Source of the DNA: a virus
Lineage: Duplodnaviria > Caudoviricetes
Virus record (IMG/VR): IMGVR_UViG_3300028172_000069
Direction: 5' to 3' (one strand)
Length of the DNA stretch: 64,000 nt
Of this stretch, positions 35,031 to 44,976 are shown piece by piece (the stretch's first letter is position 1; each line of letters starts with the position of its first letter). The position numbers and the translations under genes were made by a program. The notes under the pieces were generated by a model, which had not been told where the DNA came from, did no database searches, and saw nothing but the letters and a program-made list of their open reading frames with translations.

Positions 35031-35396
35031 ATGGCACCATCAGCAATTGCAATCTACGCGACTGCCTTCCTTGTAACATTCACCTTGAGCTTGCTACGCG
35101 GGTTTCAAAATAAATCGGTAGCAGGTGGACACAAACGTCTCGCGTTCTTTGGCGGTGGTGCCATGCAAGCCTTAGAGAACACGGTGACCATCATGCTCGC
35201 CCACCAACTGGGTGACTACACGATCATCGCGTTTACCTCTTCAGGCTCCGCCTTCGGCTGGGTTGCAGGTATGTATCTGCACGACGCCATGCTGCGCAAG
35301 CGGCTGAAAGAGGCGAAGAAAGCCAAGAAGACCAAACGCCGCGAACAAATCGAAGCCATGCTCGATGAAAGGCTCAAGGAACTGGGCGTACTATGA
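35031..35396 (+). CDS. Membrane protein (about 3 TM)
   Basis: Hydrophobic helices plus basic tail; CGAAC-ATG. Confidence 0.7.
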   Translation: MAPSAIAIYATAFLVTFTLSLLRGFQNKSVAGGHKRLAFFGGGAMQALENTVTIMLAHQLGDYTIIAFTSSGSAFGWVAGMYLHDAMLRKRLKEAKKAKKTKRREQIEAMLDERLKELGVL

Positions 35397-35698
35397 AAAA
35401 GAAGTATGACCTGCTGACGCGCACACGCCGCTTCCCGCTGCGAGAGGAAATCTTCTCGGGTGGCGGTCCAGATGCAACTGCCGCGTTCAGTGTGACTCAG
35501 GAGAAGTTGCAGAAGCTGCACGATGCGGCTGTGAGCAGCCTCAACATTCAAGTGACCAAGCACGCACAGCGACTTGACTCCGAAGTGTTTGACCAAAACT
35601 ACTTCGCCACCTTCGTGGTGTATGAGGACCAGCCGTACATACAAGTCCGCACCACGTTCCAGTTGCGACCCAAGCGTAAGCTGGCTCTTGTCAAGTAA
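35393..35698 (+). CDS. Hypothetical protein
   Basis: 101 aa. Confidence 0.65.
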   Translation: MKKKYDLLTRTRRFPLREEIFSGGGPDATAAFSVTQEKLQKLHDAAVSSLNIQVTKHAQRLDSEVFDQNYFATFVVYEDQPYIQVRTTFQLRPKRKLALVK

Positions 35699-35707
35699 GG
35701 AATACCC

Positions 35708-36016
35708 ATGAGCAGAAGTGACAACCCATACGAGGTTGCCCTGACGATTGACGTGCTCCAGAAGCTCGCGACGGCCAGTGTAAACAATACAGTGATCGAC
35801 TACCCAGAGCACTTCACCCACGTGGTCGTGTTCGACTTCCCCGATAAGCTGGTCGAGGCTGCGATTACCCACACGGTGATGGACGGCTTCCTCGAGTACG
35901 ACAACGTGATGCGGGTGAAGTGCGGTCAGTGCGTGTTGACCAATGCAAACGGGGCTGGTGGCTTCCAAGAGCACCTGCAGCGCTATGAAATGCGAGTTAT
36001 TCAACTGAGGAAGTGA
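35708..36016 (+). CDS. Hypothetical protein
   Basis: 102 aa; AAGGA RBS. Confidence 0.65.
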   Translation: MSRSDNPYEVALTIDVLQKLATASVNNTVIDYPEHFTHVVVFDFPDKLVEAAITHTVMDGFLEYDNVMRVKCGQCVLTNANGAGGFQEHLQRYEMRVIQLRK

Positions 36017-36465
36017 CCATGTGTCGTGTAGCATTGCTAGCCAAGCGTGACGGCAAGCCGAAGAAGCTCAACGATTTCACCAGCGACCAGCTGATCGAAG
36101 TGGTTGACGCCTGCCGTCCGTTCTTGACTATGTTCACGTCGGCAACCTGTGGCGATGACATTAAGAAGCTCGCCAACATCAAGAAAAAGAAGCGCGTGGT
36201 GTTTGACTCCCGTGCGCTCCTCGAATTCCACATCGTGGTGTGCGAAGTCATGCAGAACGTGGTGCGCCGGTTCAGCTACGATGCACGCTTGCTGCTGGGT
36301 GATGGTCTGCTGGCAGGTGAGACGCCGGAGCAGATCGCCGCGAAGTTTAACGGCATGCACGAGTTCACGTCGCTGCGCAGCTTCACCAAGCTGATCCGCG
36401 TGACCAACTACTTCGTCGCCAACCCAGGTGCTGAACTGATTTTCGAGGTAGAGAACGATGCCTAA
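36013..36465 (+). CDS. Hypothetical protein
   Basis: 150 aa; start 36013 or 36019. Confidence 0.65.
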   Translation: MTMCRVALLAKRDGKPKKLNDFTSDQLIEVVDACRPFLTMFTSATCGDDIKKLANIKKKKRVVFDSRALLEFHIVVCEVMQNVVRRFSYDARLLLGDGLLAGETPEQIAAKFNGMHEFTSLRSFTKLIRVTNYFVANPGAELIFEVENDA

Positions 36466-36820
36466 GATTGGACGGGTCAAGACCCAGGAAGAAATGCGGA
36501 TGAACGAGTGGTACACCGACGCCACGTTCGTCGGCCATGTCGAGTGGCAAGTGGCTATCGCAGAAGACGGTACGCCATCGCTGGTGATGCCAGAAGAGGT
36601 GCAGGCTGACTTCCGTGCGCTGCGCACGCAACTGCACGACCGCATCCGCAAGTTCGCCCAAGAGGCTGGCGTCAGCATCGTCCAGCTGAGCGACGTGGTC
36701 ACCATAGAATCGGACAACACCAACGCGGTTGCTGCCTCGTGCTTCCAAGAAGGTGCCTACCTCACCATCACTACCTACGTTGTACACGACGGACAAGGGG
36801 ACGAAGAACATGAAGGCTAA
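36458..36820 (+). CDS. Hypothetical protein
   Basis: 120 aa; GAGGT RBS. Confidence 0.65.
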   Translation: MPKIGRVKTQEEMRMNEWYTDATFVGHVEWQVAIAEDGTPSLVMPEEVQADFRALRTQLHDRIRKFAQEAGVSIVQLSDVVTIESDNTNAVAASCFQEGAYLTITTYVVHDGQGDEEHEG

Positions 36821-37610
36821 CATCCAGATCGTATCACCTGTGGAACTCGCAAACTTCATTGCGCGCAGCGTCTCGCACAAGCAACCGTTTGAACTCCCCG
36901 ACTGGTGCAGCGTGATCGTCACGTTTACCGCAGGCGAGCGCTCGCGCGACTTCGAGTTTGCCTACATCGCCAACCGCAAGACCGAGCAGATGAAGGTGCG
37001 TCTGAACTGCTACGACCTGTGGTTGCTGGACGATCCGACCTACGACCGCGTCAAGGCCGAACTCGAACACTTGATGATCCAGTGGAACATCCGTCGTGTG
37101 ACACCGTCCACGCATCAGCACAAGTCGAGCTTGAGCGACGCCATTCGCAACGACCTGGATGATCGCATCGCCAACCGCAACATCGAGCCCGAGAAGAAGT
37201 ACAAGGGCCACGAAATGAACGAGTACCTGAACTTGTTCGCGCGCTTCCCGCCAGACAGTGCTGGCTTGTTCCGTACGACTGCGTTGCCGCTGCCGAAAGA
37301 AGCTGACATCGGCGCATGGACATATCCGTTCCCTGTCATCACCACGGCAATCGGCTACAAGCGCATGGACTTCGTCAAGGCAGTGCGCAAGTTGCAAGAC
37401 TCGCCTGAGGTCGAGAAGAACGTCTACCGCACGATCTACATTGACCCGTGGACTGGCAAGAGCAAGACGCTGTGCATGTACAAGTTGGGTAACTGGACCT
37501 GGCGCGACGACTATATCGACTACCTCGAACTCGGTGTGCTGCCGACCCGCGAGTTTTACAAGATGGTGACAGGCAAGACGCTTGACACCCTGGTGGAGAA
37601 CAACGAATGA
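36810..37610 (+). CDS. Hypothetical protein
   Basis: Start moved to ATG 36810. Confidence 0.7.
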   Translation: MKANIQIVSPVELANFIARSVSHKQPFELPDWCSVIVTFTAGERSRDFEFAYIANRKTEQMKVRLNCYDLWLLDDPTYDRVKAELEHLMIQWNIRRVTPSTHQHKSSLSDAIRNDLDDRIANRNIEPEKKYKGHEMNEYLNLFARFPPDSAGLFRTTALPLPKEADIGAWTYPFPVITTAIGYKRMDFVKAVRKLQDSPEVEKNVYRTIYIDPWTGKSKTLCMYKLGNWTWRDDYIDYLELGVLPTREFYKMVTGKTLDTLVENNE

Positions 37611-38116
37611 CCGAGCACGAAGAAGACCTGCGCAACCAACTGCGCGACGCCATCAGCACCACAGTGCGCAGCGAAGGCTACAGCTACGATGCCGACTCCA
37701 TCCACACCATCACCGACAAGGTCATGGAAGTGGTGTTCACCGCAGGCCAAGACTCGCCCGTGTACCGCAACATCATCGCCTTCATGAACGTCTTGGGCGA
37801 GAAGGCTCTGGACAAGACTGACCTCTCGGCGCTCAAGCGTGTACGCAGCTACATCAAGGACTGCGGCTTCGACTGGAAGGCATTCTACGAATTCGGCCGC
37901 ACTGAAACTCGCAGGCTGGACATTATCCGCCTGCAAGAAGTCAGCGAAGAACTACGCGAGGCCCTCGACGCCCGCAACGTCCTGCTCAAACTCCGTGGCC
38001 GTTACAGCGACGTGAAGGAGAGCAAGGAACTCAACAAGAAGATCAGCTCGCTGGAGACCGAACTCAGTCGTCTCGCCAGCCTGTACCCAGACCATGCTAC
38101 GGACCTTTGCGAATGA
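37607..38116 (+). CDS. Hypothetical protein
   Basis: 169 aa; GGAG RBS; C-terminal coiled coil. Confidence 0.7.
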   Translation: MTEHEEDLRNQLRDAISTTVRSEGYSYDADSIHTITDKVMEVVFTAGQDSPVYRNIIAFMNVLGEKALDKTDLSALKRVRSYIKDCGFDWKAFYEFGRTETRRLDIIRLQEVSEELREALDARNVLLKLRGRYSDVKESKELNKKISSLETELSRLASLYPDHATDLCE

Positions 38117-38496
38117 ATAGCAGTCAAGAACGCGCCCTTGTAATCTCAGCCAACCCGCTTGTGTGGCAGATGCACGAATCTAATGCCGTGCAACTCCTTC
38201 GTGGTGAAGTGCTGGATAACGGTAACGTCATGCTGCACACGCGCTCCTTCATGGACGTGCTGGAAATTCTGCTCCCGAAGAAATTCAACGAGGAGCTCTT
38301 CCGTGCGATCAATGGCGGGCTGCGCGAGAAGTTTGAGTTTGTACGCCTCACCTCAATGCGCACCATCATCCGACCCCGTGGCAGCGTGCTGGTGAAAGAT
38401 CGCCAGCTCACCATTCGGCACACTGTTCGCGGCATCGACTACATCGTGCTCTTCCCAGGCAAAGAGCGCAAGAAGAAGAAACGGAGCAAAAGCTGA
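38113..38496 (+). CDS. Hypothetical protein
   Basis: ATGA overlap; basic tail. Confidence 0.65.
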   Translation: MNSSQERALVISANPLVWQMHESNAVQLLRGEVLDNGNVMLHTRSFMDVLEILLPKKFNEELFRAINGGLREKFEFVRLTSMRTIIRPRGSVLVKDRQLTIRHTVRGIDYIVLFPGKERKKKKRSKS

Positions 38497-38702
38497 TGAC
38501 CTTCCGCCTCATCATTCGTGGTCACTTGCTCACGCAGGCGCAGTTGAACGCGCTGGTGCCTGTGATGAACAAGGACCTCAACGGCGACTACGCGAGTACC
38601 GCCGAGTACCAAGCAGCAATCGAACAGGCCTGTGCGGATGCAGGTCACCCAATCCCAGAGGGCGAAGGCCCTCACCAGAAGGACGATACCAATGCCTCGT
38701 AG
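38496..38702 (+). CDS. Hypothetical protein
   Basis: 68 aa; TGATG coupling. Confidence 0.6.
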   Translation: MTFRLIIRGHLLTQAQLNALVPVMNKDLNGDYASTAEYQAAIEQACADAGHPIPEGEGPHQKDDTNAS

Positions 38703-38913
38703 TTTCCCTGATATGGAAAGCTTGGAGCGTGCAGCGCAGTGCCACAACTTCCGCCAGAAGTTGAAGTCGGAGTCTGAGGAAGACTACCGCAACGCGCTCG
38801 CTGACCACGTGCGCCACATCGACCCAGTCGAGTCGACCGAGATTCGCTCGGGCAAAGGCTGGAATGCGCAGTCGCCCATGGAGCTGCTCGGCCATCTTGG
38901 CCTCAAGCTCTAG
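38692..38913 (+). CDS. Hypothetical protein
   Basis: Start moved to ATG 38692 (AAGGA RBS). Confidence 0.6.
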   Translation: MPRSFPDMESLERAAQCHNFRQKLKSESEEDYRNALADHVRHIDPVESTEIRSGKGWNAQSPMELLGHLGLKL

Positions 38914-38922
38914 CGAGGAATC

Positions 38923-39138
38923 ATGGCTGTAGGATGGGCTAAAGAAGGCGACGGAGTCCTCGAGTCTGAGAACGAAGTCGCCGAGGGTGTACACAACGTC
39001 CGGGAGCAACTCAAGCTCTCGGAAGGTAGTACCAAGCAAACTCACTGCATCGACTGCGGTGATGAAATTCTCCCGCAGCGTTTGGCAATCTTCCCGTTTG
39101 CCCAGCGCTGCACACATTGTCAATCGTACCTAGACTAG
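38923..39138 (+). CDS. DksA/TraR C4-type zinc-finger protein
   Basis: MAVGWA...HCIDCGDEILPQRLAIFPFAQRCTHCQ (YbiI/TraR-like). Confidence 0.85.
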   Translation: MAVGWAKEGDGVLESENEVAEGVHNVREQLKLSEGSTKQTHCIDCGDEILPQRLAIFPFAQRCTHCQSYLD

Positions 39139-39147
39139 GACACCATC

Positions 39148-39495
39148 ATGCCTGTATTGGATCGCGCCACCGTTGCTGCAACCCTGCTGGTCAAAGTGAA
39201 GACCAAACTCGGCAAAGCTGTTCCCGAGTACGCCAAGAAGATTGCGAACTGGGACCCGCACACTATCGCCGAAGGGCAGCGTGCGCAAGCCGAGCTGGAG
39301 AAGCTGCTCACCCAGATGCGTCGCAGCCAGCGTCACAAGCTGTTTGAAGAAATGCCGAAGCTGGCACTCTGGTACGAACTGTACACCACCTGCGACCGTG
39401 ATACGACGTGCGCTGAACTCACCAACCATCTGGATCGCCCAGCGTCCAAGGTCCGTGAGGAGTATGCAGCCAAGCGTGCGGGTGTGCCTGCATGA
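39148..39495 (+). CDS. Hypothetical protein
   Basis: 115 aa; AGGA RBS. Confidence 0.7.
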   Translation: MPVLDRATVAATLLVKVKTKLGKAVPEYAKKIANWDPHTIAEGQRAQAELEKLLTQMRRSQRHKLFEEMPKLALWYELYTTCDRDTTCAELTNHLDRPASKVREEYAAKRAGVPA

Positions 39496-39926
39496 ATCTG
39501 TTCATCGTGTTTGCCGCGCGCAATGCCGCGTTCGTGAAGGCGCTGACTGAGCAGCAGGTCGAGGAGTATGTGGACACCGTGAAGACGGATCGCCTCAATT
39601 GGCTGTCCACTTTCACTGTCGGGCGCAACGTCATGGGCCTGCGCGATATGAGCCGCGCTCAAGTCGTCGAACTGGTCGAGACCATGCCTGGCTATGACGT
39701 GTTTAGCGGTATGAGCGAGTGCGTGTTTGTCGTCACCCAGCATCCAATGAGCCGTGACCACTATCGCACTGGCCGTTGTGACCTCGAAATGGTTGACTCG
39801 GCGTTGTTGATCGAGCGCCACATCAGTTCGACCGCAATCTACACTGGCTTGATGCGCACGCAACTAGAGCCTGCGAAGGCCCGTGAGTTCCGCACCAAAG
39901 CCCGCAAGATCGACGTTGTCCAATAA
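39492..39926 (+). CDS. Hypothetical protein
   Basis: 144 aa; ATGA overlap. Confidence 0.65.
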   Translation: MNLFIVFAARNAAFVKALTEQQVEEYVDTVKTDRLNWLSTFTVGRNVMGLRDMSRAQVVELVETMPGYDVFSGMSECVFVVTQHPMSRDHYRTGRCDLEMVDSALLIERHISSTAIYTGLMRTQLEPAKAREFRTKARKIDVVQ

Positions 39927-39937
39927 GGAAATCGAAC

Positions 39938-40375
39938 ATGAACCTGTTTGCCGTATTCTTCTTCCCTGTGCAGCACCCGATTGCTGTCGCACCTCACTTC
40001 GCCGGCTACCTAAAGCAAGCCCGTGTGGGTGAGAATTCTCCAGCTGCGGACACTGTCGCGCTGGTTGTTGGCCGTCACACTGGCAGCGCCTACTCGCATG
40101 TGAACGAGAAGGTCTACCACCAGCTGGTAAACAATCGCTGGCGCGAAGAAGCGGGTGGCATCGTGCTGATCGGCAGTGTCGATATGAACAGCGTGCAGAC
40201 GTTCAAGGACCGCTGGTTCAGCAAAGAGGACGATCAGGTGGCTGACGCAGCACTACGCCACATGAACAACCTGCCGCCGATCTACACGGGCGAACTGTGC
40301 AACTTCCGTGATCCTGCCGCACCGTACTGCATTGGTCGTGACCCACTGAGCAATCGGGAGCCTCACCGTGGATAA
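39938..40375 (+). CDS. Hypothetical protein
   Basis: 145 aa; CGAAC-ATG. Confidence 0.7.
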   Translation: MNLFAVFFFPVQHPIAVAPHFAGYLKQARVGENSPAADTVALVVGRHTGSAYSHVNEKVYHQLVNNRWREEAGGIVLIGSVDMNSVQTFKDRWFSKEDDQVADAALRHMNNLPPIYTGELCNFRDPAAPYCIGRDPLSNREPHRG

Positions 40376-40961
40376 CCAGAAGACGTTCCCGATCCTGAGC
40401 ACAGACAAGTCGAATCAGGCAGTACCATACTCGCTTGTGTTGAGCCACGAAGAGCAGGCGCTCAAGAATCATGGGCAGAGCGTTGCCCAGCTTGCACGTC
40501 GCGGTGGCCTGTCGTGGGGTGAACTGATGTGCGTGCTGCGCGACGAGAACCTGTTCTCCACGTACGGGCAGAGTCTGCACCAGAACGAACCCAAAGCGTA
40601 CCGCGAGTACCAACGGTTCATCGAGGAGTTTACGCAGCCGGAGAAGTTTCCCGATCCGGCCGCCTGCCTCGAAGCGTTGCTCAAGTTCATTCCGAAGACC
40701 CAGAAGAATGCGGAACTCCAGCGCGTGGTCGACGATTGCCGTAAGGCTGTCGCCGCCAGCAAGAACAGCACGCTGCGCTATGTCTGGCTGAACCTCGAAG
40801 ATGGCAGCTTCTCCGAGTCGTGGACGCGCACTGACCTTGCAGACCCAGAAGGGCTTGCGCATGACGTGACCCGTACGGCCCAACCGTTGTACAAGTTAAT
40901 CGAATATCGTTGCCTGAGCGACGCTGACTTCCAGTTCTCGCGCCACATGAAACTGCGCTAA
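40368..40961 (+). CDS. Hypothetical protein
   Basis: 197 aa; GTG start with GGGAG RBS. Confidence 0.65.
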   Translation: MDNQKTFPILSTDKSNQAVPYSLVLSHEEQALKNHGQSVAQLARRGGLSWGELMCVLRDENLFSTYGQSLHQNEPKAYREYQRFIEEFTQPEKFPDPAACLEALLKFIPKTQKNAELQRVVDDCRKAVAASKNSTLRYVWLNLEDGSFSESWTRTDLADPEGLAHDVTRTAQPLYKLIEYRCLSDADFQFSRHMKLR

Positions 40962-41011
40962 CTGTAAACAGTAGTCGCGTGCAACACCTCACCGAACAAA
41001 GGACTATAGCT

Positions 41012-42709
41012 ATGACACGCACCACCAAGACTAAACCAACCAAAGCTGCTGCGGCTGCAAAGCCAACCAAGGCTACTAAAGCGACCAAGGCCACCAAGCC
41101 GGTTGCACCAGTAAACAAGTACACGCCGGAAGTGTTTGACGACCTCGTTGCCGCAATGCAGACGCACCACGCAGAAGCACGCAACGCACACCGCGGCCCA
41201 ATGTTCACCGTAAAGACTGACGGTCTGAGCAGCCAGTGGGTTGAAGCCCTGGGTCAAGGTCACAACTGCGACGCCTGCCGTTCGTTCATCCGCCGTATGG
41301 GTGGCGCAGTGTTTGTCACTGCCGAAGGTAATCTGGTGTCGGCTGTCTGGCCTGCACTCCCGAAAGACCACCCGTACTACGAAATCGTCACGGCGATCAA
41401 GAGCGCCGTCGAACACGGCCAGATCGTCTCGGCCCTGTACGTACCAAGTGAACAAGCTGGTTCGCGCAGCACCTGGAGCGCACTCGATGGTGACGAGTAT
41501 GGTCACCTGAACGTCAAGCTGGTCGACTGCAAGGCACACGTTGCCAAAGACGACGATATCGGCGGCAAGAAGTCGGAAAGCGTCTCGCGCAAGAAGTACC
41601 TGAGCAAGGCAATCGTCGAGTGGGACATTGAACTGCTGCGCCGTGGCTTGCACCTTGTGTCGCACGACTCGCGCGTCCTCTACGGCAACACCGTGAAGGA
41701 CATGGCCAACTTCCTGTGGGAGTTCAAGGAAACACTGTCGTCGCTCAAGAAGCGTCAGGCCTCGAACTTCGTGTGGAATGCGTCTACTCAGTTCCCAGGT
41801 TGGGCAGCGCCTCGCGGTACGGCATACGGTGCGTTCCTGCAGAACTTGAGCAAGATGGGCGAAGACGACGCCATCGAAGAACTCAACAAGCACACCAAGC
41901 CTGAGAACTATCAGGTACCCAAGGCAGAAGCGACCACAGGCAACATCGAACGTGCCGAGCGCCTCGTCAAGGAAATGAATCTGGAGAGCGCGCTGAAACG
42001 CCGTGAAGCCGAGCTGAGCGATATTCCAGAGCACGGCTACATCTGGAAGCTGCCTGAGCCTGACGTTGACGCGCCGAGCGAAGGTGTTTTCGGTGGGTTG
42101 AAAGCGAAGTCCAAGAGCAAGCAGCATGGCGTAGTGCATGGTCGCGTGGCGAAGTCCAACATGACCTGGGAAAAGTTCTTGCGCGTCACCCTGCCTACCG
42201 TGCTGTCGATGCGGGTGCGGGTGCCACTCGACAAGTTTAGCGGTGCAACCATCACCGCAGCCGTAGACAGCGATTCCGCACCGCTGTTCAAATGGGACTA
42301 CGACGATGCGCGCAACCAGCTGGGCTTCATGACCTACACCGAGGCGCATGAGCCAGATCAGTGGTCGCTGAAAGGCGGTACCTGGGTAGACGCGCTGGCA
42401 GTCGTCAAGCTGCCGTGGAACATGGACCTTACCCGCCGCGTGCCGAAGTTTGTAGACGGTGCTGTGATCGTGGTCAAAGATGCGCGTGACCAGAACGACG
42501 TCGGCAACGGCCTGTTCCCAGTCGCGCTGCGTCCGGAGCTGTTTGAGGTGCGTGCTACCATCCAGCAGTTCTCGGAAGAGAGCACGCTGCATCCTGTTGA
42601 TGGTCAGTGCGTCGCTGGTATGTACGTCCATGTGAACAATCGTCCGTTCCGCCTCGAGGTCACCACCAAGACTGGCGTGATCGACGTGACCATCGACCGC
42701 TTCGATTAA
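41012..42709 (+). CDS. Conserved phage hypothetical protein with Lys/Ala/Thr-repeat N-terminus
   Basis: Start moved to ATG 41012 (AAGGA RBS); HNCDACRSFIRR CxxC motif. Confidence 0.75.
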   Translation: MTRTTKTKPTKAAAAAKPTKATKATKATKPVAPVNKYTPEVFDDLVAAMQTHHAEARNAHRGPMFTVKTDGLSSQWVEALGQGHNCDACRSFIRRMGGAVFVTAEGNLVSAVWPALPKDHPYYEIVTAIKSAVEHGQIVSALYVPSEQAGSRSTWSALDGDEYGHLNVKLVDCKAHVAKDDDIGGKKSESVSRKKYLSKAIVEWDIELLRRGLHLVSHDSRVLYGNTVKDMANFLWEFKETLSSLKKRQASNFVWNASTQFPGWAAPRGTAYGAFLQNLSKMGEDDAIEELNKHTKPENYQVPKAEATTGNIERAERLVKEMNLESALKRREAELSDIPEHGYIWKLPEPDVDAPSEGVFGGLKAKSKSKQHGVVHGRVAKSNMTWEKFLRVTLPTVLSMRVRVPLDKFSGATITAAVDSDSAPLFKWDYDDARNQLGFMTYTEAHEPDQWSLKGGTWVDALAVVKLPWNMDLTRRVPKFVDGAVIVVKDARDQNDVGNGLFPVALRPELFEVRATIQQFSEESTLHPVDGQCVAGMYVHVNNRPFRLEVTTKTGVIDVTIDRFD

Positions 42710-42721
42710 TCCACGCAGTAC

Positions 42722-42745
42722 AGAGGGCGCGCAATCGCCCTCTTT
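42722..42745 (+). terminator. Probable terminator
   Basis: AGAGGGCG-CGCAAT-CGCCCTCT followed by TT. Confidence 0.6.
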
Positions 42746-42756
42746 GAGGACTCAGG

Positions 42757-43395
42757 ATGAACAAGCTCCAAAGCATGATCCAGTACCCACTCACCCACAA
42801 AGAGTTTGTGCGGGTACTGCCGAACATCTGCAACATGATGGGCCTGCGCTACCATTCGTCGAGCGACGGTCCAATGTCGAACAAGGTCTACACTCTGGAG
42901 ACAGAGGACAAGATCAAGGTAGAGTGGACGATCGACCGCACTGTACCTGCACAGCGCCAGCACCTCATCCGCATCGTCGTGATCGCTGACGAGGAGGTCT
43001 CCGAGCGCCAGAGCTTTGAAGAGGCTCTCGATCTGTTCCGCAAGGTCGTTGGCAACAAGCTCAACGAGAACCCGATGACGGCTCGCGTGGTTGATACGCT
43101 CCACCCAAGCGTCAAGATTCTGCGCATGGGCGAAACTGACGTATCGCTGTTCTCCGTACGCAACCTGCTGCTAGTCAGCGACAACGCCGCGTTCCTGCAA
43201 GAGTTTGGCCTGAAGTACGAAGGTCCAACCAACCCGCTGGAAATCAAGCGTGACCTTGAACATCACGCAGTAAGCGCCAAGCTGCGCGTCTGTGAAATGG
43301 ACGTGGTCGATCCGCTGAACGGCGTGTACATGCTGCAAATGCTGACGGCCACACTCGACAGCTTCCACATGGTAATCAAGGAGGGTGCAGAATGA
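42757..43395 (+). CDS. Hypothetical protein
   Basis: 212 aa; GAGGA RBS. Confidence 0.7.
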   Translation: MNKLQSMIQYPLTHKEFVRVLPNICNMMGLRYHSSSDGPMSNKVYTLETEDKIKVEWTIDRTVPAQRQHLIRIVVIADEEVSERQSFEEALDLFRKVVGNKLNENPMTARVVDTLHPSVKILRMGETDVSLFSVRNLLLVSDNAAFLQEFGLKYEGPTNPLEIKRDLEHHAVSAKLRVCEMDVVDPLNGVYMLQMLTATLDSFHMVIKEGAE

Positions 43396-44429
43396 GCAAG
43401 GCGCAAGAAGTACAAGGCATGCGCTCCCAACTGTGGGGTCGTGAGTTGGACAGCGAGTTTGTCATACACCAGTTGAAGGCAATCTTCGAGAAGCACGAGC
43501 TGGAGATTCACATCCGCAAGCGCCGTGAGGCGGGCTGCGCAGTCAAGCAGCATATCCTGCCGTTCGCGTATCGCTGGACTGGTACCTTCCAGCTGGGTGA
43601 TTACTACTACGAGTTTGCGATCCCGGAAAAGACCATCCATTCGCATAACGTGACGCCGCTGAGCCCCACTCAAATTCAGCGGTTCCTACGACGCAACTCG
43701 TGGTTCACGCGCAAGATCGTCAGTGAGAAAAACGACATTGACCGCCTTCACGGCGTGAAGAATCCTACACCGGACGTGTTTGATTCGTCCAGCCGTTTCT
43801 TGCGAGACGTACTGGATAAGGCAGAAGCCCACGTCAAAGCACTTGAAGTTGCCGCAGCACTACGCGCCCAGCAAGAAGCACTTACCAAGGACGCCGCTCC
43901 AACAGACCATTCGCAGTTCGGTCTGATCGGCGTTTGCGCTGGCAAGATGGTTCGCGTGCCTGTAGTCCTGGGCATGGACCGTCTGGTGTGCATCAACAAC
44001 GCGGCGTTCTTCGAGGCGTTCACGTCCGATCTGACTCCGATGGGTCTGAATGACGACGAGTTCCTAGACTTCTTGAGCGATGCCGAAGAAGAGGAAGACA
44101 GTGTCCTCAATATTCCGAAGGGCATTGAGCAAGCCTTCAAGGACTGGTTGACGCTTGACCACGATGAAGAAGAAAACATCAAGCTCACCGACGTGCAGGC
44201 AGACAAGTATGGCGATCTGGTAACCCTGACGTTTGCTGTCGCTGGTCGCGAACTCACCGTGATCACGTCGCTGCGTGAGCTCCAGAAGATTCCGGCGTTC
44301 GATCCGCTCAAAGAACTGAACGACTACCTGCCAAAGAAACCCAAGGTAGCACAAAGCGGCAAGAAAGCCAAAGCAGCGCAAGACGACGACGACGATGACG
44401 ACGATACCGACGAAGAAGATTTCCGCTAA
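43392..44429 (+). CDS. Hypothetical protein with acidic tail
   Basis: 345 aa ending QDDDDDDDTDEEDFR. Confidence 0.7.
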   Translation: MSKAQEVQGMRSQLWGRELDSEFVIHQLKAIFEKHELEIHIRKRREAGCAVKQHILPFAYRWTGTFQLGDYYYEFAIPEKTIHSHNVTPLSPTQIQRFLRRNSWFTRKIVSEKNDIDRLHGVKNPTPDVFDSSSRFLRDVLDKAEAHVKALEVAAALRAQQEALTKDAAPTDHSQFGLIGVCAGKMVRVPVVLGMDRLVCINNAAFFEAFTSDLTPMGLNDDEFLDFLSDAEEEEDSVLNIPKGIEQAFKDWLTLDHDEEENIKLTDVQADKYGDLVTLTFAVAGRELTVITSLRELQKIPAFDPLKELNDYLPKKPKVAQSGKKAKAAQDDDDDDDDTDEEDFR

Positions 44430-44547
44430 TACCGCAGCAACTGTAAAGGCACAAGTGAAAGCTCCTGTGCCAGTGCAGCAACCACAGAAGCTCTCGACTC
44501 CAGTAAACGAAGTCGACCGACTTATGTCCATGTTCAACTCCCTGTAA
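44395..44547 (+). CDS. Possible small protein (50 aa, not in ORF track)
   Basis: MTTIPTKKISANTAATVKAQV...RLMSMFNSL fills a 130-bp gap; no clear RBS. Confidence 0.4.
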   Translation: MTTIPTKKISANTAATVKAQVKAPVPVQQPQKLSTPVNEVDRLMSMFNSL

Positions 44548-44558
44548 GGAATACCATC

Positions 44559-44975
44559 ATGCCTATCCTTGTCCTGGTTGCCAGCGATGAAGCCGTCGCA
44601 AAAGCCACGAAGGAAGCTGTAGAACTCAACGTACCGCTGAACCAACTGCTGCAAGAGCGTTTCAGCGAATTCCTGCTGGGTGATCGTAAACCTGCTGCCA
44701 AGGCCAAAGCTGCCAAGGCAGGCGACGAAATCCCTGAGCCGAACGAGCACCAGCAGGTGGTCAATCGTCTGGTGACCTACGCGCAAGAAAACTACGCGGG
44801 CTGCGGTGAGTTCACCTTCACTCAACTGGTCGGCGAGTTTGATCCGGAAGAAACCATCGACAAGCAATCGCGCACCAAGTACGCCTCGATGTTCAGCAAG
44901 GCGACCGAAGGCGACGTCGGTGTTGTGAAGAAAGGCAAGAACTCCAAGCAGGTCACTGTGTACGAAGTGGCCTGA
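44559..44975 (+). CDS. RHH plus DUF1413-like putative DNA-binding protein
   Basis: SDEAVAKATKEAVELNVPLNQLL; EFTFTQLVGE..RTKYASMF..GKNSKQVTVY. Confidence 0.55.
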   Translation: MPILVLVASDEAVAKATKEAVELNVPLNQLLQERFSEFLLGDRKPAAKAKAAKAGDEIPEPNEHQQVVNRLVTYAQENYAGCGEFTFTQLVGEFDPEETIDKQSRTKYASMFSKATEGDVGVVKKGKNSKQVTVYEVA

Positions 44976-44976
44976 C

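Noticed and set aside
40958-42631. 557-aa minus-strand ORF, plus other long minus ORFs (2856-3965, 23382-24689, 24376-25314, 26977-28143)
   Set aside because: They fully overlap well-formed + strand genes, lack RBSs and recognisable motifs, and have the composition of antisense shadows of biased codon usage
44383-44412. GAC/GAT trinucleotide run as a microsatellite or contingency locus
   Set aside because: It simply encodes the poly-Asp tail of 43392-44429
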